From contig JAWALG010000007.1 of assembly GCA_038886995.1 (NCBI GenBank), forward strand, positions 1-40,659: 40,659 nt of DNA, written 5' to 3'. The position numbers and the translations under genes were made by a program. The DNA comes from Candidatus Iainarchaeum sp. (GTDB lineage: Archaea; Iainarchaeota; Iainarchaeia; Iainarchaeales; DTGL01). Of the stretch, positions 1-9,967 are shown piece by piece. The notes under the pieces are model-generated. The model did not search any database. It was not told the DNA's origin and was given only the letters and a program-made list of their open reading frames with translations. Within the stretch, counting starts at the first letter, position 1; each line of letters begins with the position of its first letter.

Positions 1-6
1 CTTCTA

Positions 7-1494
<1,488 letters not shown>

Positions 1495-1584
1495 AAACTT
1501 TTTTTGCTGTATCGCACCCAAATGTCTTTTGGACAATATAAACCCGTGTGCTAAAACCAAGAAATCAGCGAGCATAGCAGAACT

Positions 1585-1597
1585 AAAATATTTAAAA
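1585..1597 (+). promoter_or_regulatory. Putative TATA box in the 16S-23S spacer upstream of tRNA-Ala
   Basis: TTTAAAA at 1591-1597, 23-29 nt upstream of the tRNA 5' end, preceded by A-rich sequence. Confidence 0.45.
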
Positions 1598-1619
1598 CAT
1601 TCGCAGGAATTGCTAATGA

Positions 1620-1703
1620 GGGCCCATAGCTCAGTGGGAGAGCGCTGCCCTTGCAATTTAACAGGGAAGGCAGAGGCCACGGGTTCAAATCCCGTTGGGT
1701 CCA
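1620..1703 (+). tRNA. tRNA-Ala(TGC) with a 12-nt intron at position 37/38 (1656-1667)
   Basis: Acceptor stem GGGCCCA/TGGGTCC with G3:U70. Anticodon stem CTGCC/GGCAG with CT-TGC-A, then insert ATTTAACAGGGA. T-arm GGTTCAAATCC. The insert forms a bulge-helix-bulge (CUUG/CAGG). Confidence 0.96.
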
Positions 1704-1783
1704 TTAGGTGCCATAAGCTTTTTTATGGCATCTGACTAGCATGCTTAATTTGCATGCGATGATGTCTGCATAGACGCTAACCG

Positions 1784-4749
1784 CGCATGAACAATAAGCC
1801 GTATAGTGGATGACTAGGCTTGAGTGCAGATGAAGGGCGTGACAAGCTGCGATAAGCTTAGGCGAGCTGCATGTAAGCGTTGAACCTAAGGTCCCCGAAT
1901 TGCTCCGCGAGGAGCTGGAATGCGGTGAATTGAAGCATCTTAGTAACCGCAAGAAGAGAAAGCAATAGCGATGCCGTTAGTATCGGCGAGAGAACACGGC
2001 ACAGGGCAAACCGAACTTCCATGCGAAAGCATGTAAGGATGTGGTGTTTGGGCCTAGGTAGGCCTAAGGGTCTTGCGCTGAAGTGCCCTGGAAAGGGCTG
2101 CCACAGAGCGTGATAGCCGCGTAAGCAAGAGGCCTATGGCCATTCCTGGAGTCCCAGAGTAGCGTGCATTGAATTGTGCGCGCAAATATGGGAGTCTTTA
2201 ACTCCTAACCCTAAAAACAACTCAAGACCGATAGCGGACTAGTACCGTGAGGGAAAGTTGAAAAGTACCCCTAACGGGGGGTGAAAAGCGTCTGAAACTA
2301 TACGGTCACAGGCGGATGCAGCTCCAAAGAAGAGACGCTTTTCCGAGCGAACCTCCGCAAGGTGGCAAGCAAGGAAAAGCTGATCAGAGTTGCATCGTCC
2401 GTCTTGAATAATGGGCGAGGGAGTTTGCTGGTGTGGCGAGGCTAATGCCCTTAAGGCAGCAGCCGCAGTGAAAGCGAGTTTCCGCAGCTGCTTTTTGCAG
2501 TGAGGGAAAGCGTGTTAAAGCACGTAAGTCACACCGGCCAGACCTGAAGCCGAGTGATCTATTCCTGGGCAAGGCGAAGCCTTCCTTCCGGAAGGTCGAG
2601 GCCTGCAACCGGTTCTAGTCTATCTGTTCGGGTGACCTGGGAATAGGCGCGAAATACGACTCGCACTCGGCAATAGCAGGCTCCCCCCGAAGTAGCTCTC
2701 AGGCTAGCCTGGCCGGAGAGTGGCAATGGCGTAAAGATACTGATTAGAAGGTAACGGGCCGAGAGGCCTGGCCTTCTTATCAAACTCTAAAGTTATTGCC
2801 CTCGAAGATGGCTGGAGTAGGGGCATGCGGATAAGCCGCATGTCTTGGAGGGGAACAACCCAGACATAGGTTAAGGCCCATAAATGTCAGTTAAGTGCTA
2901 ACCCGAAGGACATCTCTGCCCTAATACAATTGGGAGGTTGGCTTAGAAGCAGCAATCCTTTAAAGAGTGCGTAATAGCTCACCAATCTAGGACAGAGGTT
3001 CCGAAAATAATCTGGGCTAAAACTGGCTGCCGATACCTATGGCTTCTCTCTGAGAAGCGGTAGGGGGGTACTCTGGTGGAGAAAAAGTTGCTCAGTGATG
3101 GGCAATGAATCTGCCAGAGCTATGGATCCTCGCGCTAGTAGCAACGATTGATGGGTGAAAATCCCATCCGCCGAAAGGACAAGGGTTCCTTAGCGCTGAT
3201 CATCAGCTAAGGGTTAGTCGGTCCTAAGTACTGCCGTAATCCGAGCAGTACGAATGGGAAACGGGTTCATATTCCCGTACTGCCTGAATACGTTTTCGGT
3301 GACGAAAGCCTCTGTCTTGACATCTTGGGCTAGACCAAGTTCCATCGCCATGGAATCTAACCTGTATAAGCCTCTGGAGAACCGTCATGGTGAGAAAGAG
3401 GCAAAAGCAGGGATGGGCCGCAAGGTTTGGTCAAGGCCTAGGATCAGTGAAAAGAGACAGGGGAAGGATTTCAGGCAACCGTACCGAGAACCGGGAGAGG
3501 TGTCCTGGCTGAGAAGGCCAAGGCGTATCGGGATAAATGCACTAAGGGAACTCGGCAAATTAGCCCTGTATCTTCGGTAGAAGGGGTGCCTGTTTCGCAA
3601 GAAGCAGGTCTCAGTGACTAGGGGGGTCCGACTGTTTATTAAAAACAAAGGTTTCTGCAAGTCCGAAAGGATGAGTACAGAAACCGACCTCTGCTCACTG
3701 CCAGTAGGTGAAACTCCTTTCCAAGGGAGCTAAGCCCTGGTGAAGAGCGGGCCTAACTCTGAGGCTCTCATGGTAGCGTAATACCTTGCCGGTTTAATGC
3801 CGGCTTGCACCAAGGAGGTAACGAGATCCCCACTGTCCCTAGTGTGATCCTGGCGAACTCGCTGCGCGGTGAGTAAGCCGCGGTCTCCCAGTGGGAAGAG
3901 AAGACCCCACGGAAGTTTACCGCAGCCTGATGCTGTAATATGGTTTCCGGAGTGAAGAGTAGGTGGGAGCCATCGAAGTGTTCTCGCTAGGGAACATGGA
4001 GGCACCAATGGGACACCACCCTTCGGGAACTATGTTGCTAACTCGAAAGAGGACAACTTTAGGTGGGCGGTTCGGCTGGGGCGGTACGCCCCTGAAAAGA
4101 TATCAGGGGCATCCTAAGGTCTGCTCAGGCGGGTCAGAAATCCGCCGTAGAATATAAGGGCAAAAGCAGGCTTTATCGGGTTTCGCACAGCAAGAAACCC
4201 GATTGCGAAAGCACGGCCTAGAGAACACTGGTGTGCCCTTTAAAGGGGCCCCGGTCTGATAATGAACTTACCCTGGGGGTAACGGATCTGTCGCGGGTGA
4301 GAGTCCACATCGACCCCGCGGTTTGATACTCCGCTGTCGGCTCAAGGCATCCTGGCTGTGCATAAGCAGCCAAGGGTGGAGGTGTTAACTCATTAAAGCC
4401 TTACGTTAGTTGGGTTGAGAACGGTGCGAGCCAGTTTGGATACTATCTGCTGGGAGTGCTGGTTGGCTGAGGGGAAGGTCCATTAAGTACGAGAGGAACG
4501 ATGGGCCGCAGCCTCTGGTGTGCCGGTTGTCCGGCAGGGCAATGCCGGGTAGCCACGCTGTAATCGATAAGAGCTGAAAGCATCTAAGCTCGAAGCGAAC
4601 CCTGAAAAGAGCCAACCATTCCCGAACCTTCGCAAGAAGGCTAGGGACGAGGGCGTCGCTAAAAGAGCGGTTTGATAGGTTCGTGGTGTAAGACGCGAGC
4701 TTCGGCGAGCGTTTCAGCCTACGAATACTAAAAGCCCGAGGTTTGTGCG
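1784..4749 (+). rRNA. rrl: Archaeal 23S rRNA (ends approximate)
   Basis: Conserved blocks TAGTACCGTGAGGGAAAG, GGCTTAGAAGCAGC (GTPase centre), P-loop GGCTGGGGCGG and sarcin-ricin loop AGTACGAGAGGAAC. Terminal pairing CGCATGAAC (1784-1792) with GTTTGTGCG (4741-4749). Confidence 0.98.
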
Positions 4750-4773
4750 TTAGCGTCTATGCAGGCATTTCGC

Positions 4774-4800
4774 TTTTATTTTTTTGTTTTACTATTTTTG
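4774..4800 (+). terminator. Oligo-T terminator after the rRNA operon
   Basis: TTTTATTTTTTTGTTTT run immediately after the 3' arm of the 23S flanking stem. Confidence 0.55.
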
Positions 4801-4843
4801 GTCTTTTTGACAGTATTTAAAACTTTTTTACAAATAAATATTT

Positions 4844-5105
4844 GGGTAGCGGAAGGTCGGCCTACGGGGCTTTGCCCTGAGGAAAGTCCGCCCACCCGCA
4901 AAAAGCGTGAAGAGCGCACTCCCGAGAGGGAGACCTGAAGAACAGAAACGAGACCATTGCAATGCAAGCAATGATCAAAACTGAGCGCATTGCTTTGGAT
5001 GAAACGTGCTTCAGGAGGGTGCAAGCCTTCAAGGCGCTTAGACGAATGCCGACAGGCCTTTGCATTGCAAAGGCGTAACAGAAGGCGGCTTACTCTCCGC
5101 TGCCC
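4844..5105 (+). ncRNA. rnpB: RNase P RNA (short, about 262 nt)
   Basis: CR-I GAGGAAAGTCCGCC (4879) and CR-V AACAGAAGGCGGCTTA. ACAGAAA and TGAAAC T-loop motifs. P1 GGGTAGCGGA/TCCGCTGCCC and P2 GTCGGC/GCCGAC. Upstream TATA-like TTTAAAA near 4816 and a downstream T-tract. Confidence 0.95.
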
Positions 5106-5210
5106 AATTATTTTTTCAAATCAGACATAAAATAAACATTATTCTGCACAAAAGTGCTTTAGCTCCAAGCCAAAAGGTTAATAAACAAGTTTAATATAAA
5201 TTTTAATGCT

Positions 5211-6365
5211 GTGATAGGCATGAAGTCAATTAGGCGTTTTCTAACTATTAGCAGTTTTGTATTAGCATTATTATGCGCAGCAAATGCTCAGTTGATTGAC
5301 TTCACACTTGAGCCAGACATTCTACAAAGCAAAGAAATAACACTCAATTATGGGCAGCCAATTGAGATTAGGGCTGAGCTTAGTGGCCCTAAGCTTGTTG
5401 AAGCGCAGAACATAACACTTAAGATGACTATTGCTGAGACAGCAACTGAAAAATATTTCACTAAGCTATCTCACAATTCGTACCTACTTAAGACAACGCT
5501 TCCTGAAAATAGGTACTATGAAAAGATATTTGTCCAGTTTGAGCTAAAAGCATACATTGACAGGGACATAAGCGTAAAAAGGTGGCTCAACATAAAGCTG
5601 ACAAATGAATTGCTAGTTGACATTGTAGAGCCCTCAGGAAGCTTACTTGGCACAGGCGAAATTAAAGAGCTAAAGGTAAGGTTGAGATACTACAACACAA
5701 TGCCTTTTGACAAAGATCGTGTCTTCGCAAATTTCATTGTTGACGATGGCATGGAAAAGAAGATTGAGTTAATCAAAGATGGCGACCTCTACACAGCAAT
5801 TTTGCCTGAGCCAATCCCTGAAGGCAACCATGAGATAAAGCTTGCTTTAGTTGGAAATTATCGTGGCAGCGCATCAGTTAAAACAAACCCAAACATAATT
5901 ATACCCTTATTTTTGCTGGTTATAATTGCTGCTTTTTCAGTTTTTATGATAAAAAAACTCATAAGAAACATGAGGGAAAGCAACATTAAAGAAAAGGCGG
6001 AAGAGAAAAAGCAAAAGCCAAAAGAAATAGCGCCTAAAGAAGCCCCTATGAGGAAGAGTTTATTTGGAATAGTATTACCTCCGGTAAAGAAAGAAGAAAA
6101 AACTGTTACAGAACCGAGAAAAGAGGAGGTTGCGCCTCAGCAAAAGGAGAAAAAAATAGAGGAATTTGTAATTGAGAAACCCAAGCCAAAATATGAGGTA
6201 CCTGTTCAGAGAAGAGAAGATGCTGAAATAGTTGAGGTAGGAAAAGCCTCAGAAAAAGAGGCCCGGGAGCAGAAAAAGGAAAGTGAACAAGAATTGCCAA
6301 AGGAAGAAAAGGAAAGGAGATCAGCATTATTCCCTCTTTTTATGCCAAAGAAAAAGCAAGAATAG
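5211..6365 (+). CDS. Hypothetical single-pass membrane protein (signal peptide, extracellular beta-rich region, TM helix, Lys/Glu-rich tail)
   Basis: 384-aa ORF. Signal peptide ends ...LCAANA. Hydrophobic IIIPLFLLVIIAAFSVFMI is followed by a long charged low-complexity tail. Start may be ATG 5220. Confidence 0.75.
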   Translation: MIGMKSIRRFLTISSFVLALLCAANAQLIDFTLEPDILQSKEITLNYGQPIEIRAELSGPKLVEAQNITLKMTIAETATEKYFTKLSHNSYLLKTTLPENRYYEKIFVQFELKAYIDRDISVKRWLNIKLTNELLVDIVEPSGSLLGTGEIKELKVRLRYYNTMPFDKDRVFANFIVDDGMEKKIELIKDGDLYTAILPEPIPEGNHEIKLALVGNYRGSASVKTNPNIIIPLFLLVIIAAFSVFMIKKLIRNMRESNIKEKAEEKKQKPKEIAPKEAPMRKSLFGIVLPPVKKEEKTVTEPRKEEVAPQQKEKKIEEFVIEKPKPKYEVPVQRREDAEIVEVGKASEKEAREQKKESEQELPKEEKERRSALFPLFMPKKKQE

Positions 6366-6374
6366 AGGATAGCA

Positions 6375-7694
6375 ATGCCATTCATAAAAAACCTCATAGG
6401 AAATAAAGAGCAGTACATCCAAGTACTAAACATTAGAAAAACCCCTGAGAATATCATTGAAAGTTTTAAACAAGGCACTCGGCTTTATGCAGAGTGGAAC
6501 GACAATGGCAAAAAAATACAGGATCTGCGAACTGAAAGAAATAAGCTCAGCAAGGAGTACGGTAAAAAAAAGGAAGAAGCTATCTTGAGAAAAGCTGAGA
6601 AAATAAAGAAAGAAATAGAAAATCTTGAGAAAAGGCAAAAGGAATGCGAAGAAAAATTAAGGGCAATTGAATTGATGCTACCAAACTGGCTTGCTGAAGA
6701 TGTGCCCCGCGAAGAAAATGGAAGCTCGAAGCCAATTGAGTACTTTGGAGTTCCAAAAGTGCTAAATAGCAACGTATCGGAATTTGAAAAACGTTATCCA
6801 GATGTTCAATACATACAAACTGATGAGGTATTGCACCATTATGACCTTGTTGGAAAGCTCATAGAACAAGACATTGCTGGTGAAATAGCTGGCTCAAGAT
6901 TTTACTGTGAGTTTGACGAGCTTGTAATACTTGACTTTGCACTAACAATGTATGCCCTTGAGTTCTTCAGGAAAAAGGGGTATGCAAATCGGTTACTGAT
7001 AACACCATATCTTATGAAAAAAAGTGTAGAAGAGAAAATAACATACTTTACTAGCTTTGCAGACACTATTTTTGAACTTGAGAAAGATGGCCTTGTGCTT
7101 ATTCCTTCATCAGAGCATACCATTGTTGCCTTTTATTCAGACAAAATATTTGAGGAAAAAGAGCTACCCTTAAGGGTAATGGCCTGGTCTCCTTGCTTTA
7201 GAAAAGAAGCAGGTGCTCACGGAAAGGATACAAAAGGAATATTTAGAGCAAAGCAGTTCCACAAGCTTGAGATACATTCCATAATGCCACAAGATGATGA
7301 CTTAGATGAAGTTGAAAGAATAAGGAAAGATGTACAGGAATTCATGTTTTCTTTGGGATTGCCAAACAGAAGTGTCATTGTGCATGCGGCCGACACTGAT
7401 ATGAGAGCACTAAAGCAAGTTGATGTAGAAACATGGATGCCGGGGCAGAACCAGTATAGGGAAACACACTCAATTGCAACAATGGGCACCTGGGTCTCTG
7501 AAAAAGTGAAGATGCGCTACACAACAAAAAGCCATGAACGGTTGCCAACAAATAATGTATATGCAACAGCAGTCGCAAACCAAAGGACAATCTGTGCGAT
7601 AGTTGAAAACCATTACAGCCCAAAAGAAAAAGCCATCCAAATACCAAAGCCACTGCAGAAGTACACATTTGGCGTAGACAAAATAAAGCTTTAA
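6375..7694 (+). CDS. serS: Seryl-tRNA synthetase family protein (divergent)
   Basis: N-terminal coiled-coil arm ending LPN, GSRFY, motif 2 CFRKEAGAHGKDTKGIFR, ETWMPG and motif 3 RTICAIVEN...IPKPLQKY. Confidence 0.85.
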   Translation: MPFIKNLIGNKEQYIQVLNIRKTPENIIESFKQGTRLYAEWNDNGKKIQDLRTERNKLSKEYGKKKEEAILRKAEKIKKEIENLEKRQKECEEKLRAIELMLPNWLAEDVPREENGSSKPIEYFGVPKVLNSNVSEFEKRYPDVQYIQTDEVLHHYDLVGKLIEQDIAGEIAGSRFYCEFDELVILDFALTMYALEFFRKKGYANRLLITPYLMKKSVEEKITYFTSFADTIFELEKDGLVLIPSSEHTIVAFYSDKIFEEKELPLRVMAWSPCFRKEAGAHGKDTKGIFRAKQFHKLEIHSIMPQDDDLDEVERIRKDVQEFMFSLGLPNRSVIVHAADTDMRALKQVDVETWMPGQNQYRETHSIATMGTWVSEKVKMRYTTKSHERLPTNNVYATAVANQRTICAIVENHYSPKEKAIQIPKPLQKYTFGVDKIKL

Positions 7695-7732
7695 TTAGTT
7701 TTCCTGTCTAATTAATATTCATACAAGTTTAT

Positions 7733-7805
7733 GGGCCCGTAGCTCAGTCGGTAGAGCACCAGACTCTTAATCTGGGTGTCGCGGGTTCGATTCCCGTCGG
7801 GCCCA
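7733..7805 (+). tRNA. tRNA-Lys(CTT)
   Basis: Acceptor GGGCCCG/CGGGCCC, anticodon arm CCAGA-CTCTTAA-TCTGG and T-loop GGTTCGATTCC. No intron. Confidence 0.97.
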
Positions 7806-7818
7806 CCTTGGTATCCTT

Positions 7819-9684
7819 ATGAAGTTTCTGCAAATTGCCGAAGTGATGGAAGAGATTGAAGGAATCAGCTCCAGAATAGAGATGACTGGCAAACTTGCTG
7901 ATTTGTTCAGAAAAGCTAAAGCGGATGAGATTGACAAGATAATATACCTAATGCAAGGGCGTGTAGCGCCAGCATATAAAGGTCTTGAAGTTGGTATCGG
8001 GGAAAATTTTGTAATTGACGCTATTTCCAAAACCACTGGATACAGCGAAGTTGATGTAAAAAGACATTACAAGGAATCTGGTGACCTTGGCATAGTGGCA
8101 CAAAAGCTAGTTAAAGAAAAAAAGCAGCGTTCACTTTTTAGCGAAGAGTTGACATTAGAAAAGGTTTTCTTAAACTTTTACAAGATTAGTTCTTCTTCAG
8201 GACCTGGCTCTCAGGAGCTGAAGATAAAGCTTCTGTCTGAACTTATAAACTCTGCACAGCCGATCGAAGCAAAGTTCATCGTGCGAATACCTTTGAACAC
8301 TTTGCGCCTCGGCATAGGGGATCCTACAATACTCGATGCACTAGCAGAAATAAACATTGATGAATTCACTAAGAAGAACCCTCTGCTTGTTAAAGAGCTG
8401 AGCAAAGATTACAGCGGAGCTGAGCTACACAGGCAGGTAAGGGCGCGGCTAAGGGAGAAAATAGAAGAGAAGTATAACATTCATTCAGACCTGGGCGTTA
8501 TAGCAAAAAAGCTCAAAGAAAAGGGATTAAAAGCACTTGATGAGATTTCTATCACATTAGGCATACCTATAAGGCCTACCTTGGCTGAGCGCCTTTCAAC
8601 TGCAAAAGAGATAATTGAAAAGCTTGGGAAATGTGCAGTGGAAGGCAAATTAGACGGCTTCAGAATGCAGATACATAAAAACGGAGAAAAGATAACCATT
8701 TTCTCTAGAAGGCAAGAAAACATGACATTCATGTTTCCTGAAATTGTAGATGGTGTTGCGAAACAGATAAGGGAAAAAAAGGCCATTGTTGAAGGAGAAG
8801 CCATAGCATATGATGAAAACACTGGCCAGTTCTTTCCATTCCAGGTAACAATGCAGAGAAAAAGAAAATATGATGTGCACCATTTTGCTGAAAAATATCC
8901 GCTTAAGCTTTTTCTATTCGATGTGATGTATGTCAATGGCGAAAGCACAATGGATAGGCCTTTTATCGAAAGAAGGAAAATCTTAGAGGGTCTTGTAAAA
9001 GAAGGCAACATAGTTGACCTAACTGAGCTAAGGGTTGTTTCTGATGCAAAGGAACTTGAAAATTATTTCACTTATTGTATTGAACGTGGCCTAGAAGGCA
9101 TAATTGCCAAAGACCTCAATGAGAAATACATTGCGGGTGCGAGAAAATTCGCTTGGATAAAGCTTAAACGCTCATATAAGGGTGAGCTAAGTGATACTCT
9201 TGACCTTGTAATCATTGGCTATTATAAAGGCAGAGGTGCAAGAGCAAAATTTGGGATCGGTGCACTGCTATGTGCTGTCTATAACACTAAAAATTCGGTT
9301 TTCGAGTCAATAGCTAAAATTGGTTCGGGGCTTACAGAAGAGCAGCTTGTTGAATTTGAAAAAATGCTTGGTAAAATAAAGGTTGAAAAAAAACCAGCAA
9401 ATGTAGTGTGCGACTTAGAGCCGGACTACTGGTTAGAACCTATGTATGTTGTTGAAGTTATAGCTGATGAAATAACTAAAAGCCCGGTACACAGCTGCGC
9501 AAAGGAATTGTTAGGGGAAGGCCTAGCGCTGAGGTTCCCGCGGATAGTTAAGCAAAGGCCTGATAAGAAAGCTGAAGACGCAACAACAACAGAAGAAGTT
9601 GTAGAAATGTTCCGCATGCAAAAGGAAATTGTTACCGAAGAAAGCACAGATAAAGGAGAAGGAGTTGAAAAAAATGGGGGTTAA
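7819..9684 (+). CDS. lig: ATP-dependent DNA ligase
   Basis: Motif I EGKLDGFR, plus VEGE, LFDVMY, EGIIAK, WIKLK, DLVIIG and LRFPR...RPDK. Confidence 0.97.
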   Translation: MKFLQIAEVMEEIEGISSRIEMTGKLADLFRKAKADEIDKIIYLMQGRVAPAYKGLEVGIGENFVIDAISKTTGYSEVDVKRHYKESGDLGIVAQKLVKEKKQRSLFSEELTLEKVFLNFYKISSSSGPGSQELKIKLLSELINSAQPIEAKFIVRIPLNTLRLGIGDPTILDALAEINIDEFTKKNPLLVKELSKDYSGAELHRQVRARLREKIEEKYNIHSDLGVIAKKLKEKGLKALDEISITLGIPIRPTLAERLSTAKEIIEKLGKCAVEGKLDGFRMQIHKNGEKITIFSRRQENMTFMFPEIVDGVAKQIREKKAIVEGEAIAYDENTGQFFPFQVTMQRKRKYDVHHFAEKYPLKLFLFDVMYVNGESTMDRPFIERRKILEGLVKEGNIVDLTELRVVSDAKELENYFTYCIERGLEGIIAKDLNEKYIAGARKFAWIKLKRSYKGELSDTLDLVIIGYYKGRGARAKFGIGALLCAVYNTKNSVFESIAKIGSGLTEEQLVEFEKMLGKIKVEKKPANVVCDLEPDYWLEPMYVVEVIADEITKSPVHSCAKELLGEGLALRFPRIVKQRPDKKAEDATTTEEVVEMFRMQKEIVTEESTDKGEGVEKNGG

Positions 9685-9925
9685 AGACCTGCCATTAATA
9701 GAAAGGGCCATAATCTTTGTTGCAAGCTTTATAATAGCAGTTTATGTCCTCGTGCGATTTAGGATATGGGGTAATGATTTCATAATGTACTTTTTCAGAA
9801 CAAACAAGTGGGTTGACCTTATATTTGTAATAGCATTTACAACAGCTCTCTCAATGTTCTTTATATGGCTGCTAAGGGCTGAGTTTAGGTTTTTTGCCGA
9901 TGTACGCGAGAGAACTAGAAAATAG
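9674..9925 (+). CDS. Small hypothetical membrane protein (2 TM)
   Basis: ATG at 9674 overlaps the end of lig. 83 aa with two hydrophobic segments and a basic C-terminus. Confidence 0.65.
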   Translation: MGVKDLPLIERAIIFVASFIIAVYVLVRFRIWGNDFIMYFFRTNKWVDLIFVIAFTTALSMFFIWLLRAEFRFFADVRERTRK

Positions 9926-9967
9926 GTGTTGAGGAACTAATTAAAAACATTTACAGCAATATTCACA

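Noticed and set aside
7733..7805. tRNA-Lys as an integration site for a mobile element
   Set aside because: No integrase is present, I saw no duplicated tRNA 3' end, and the flanks are housekeeping genes.
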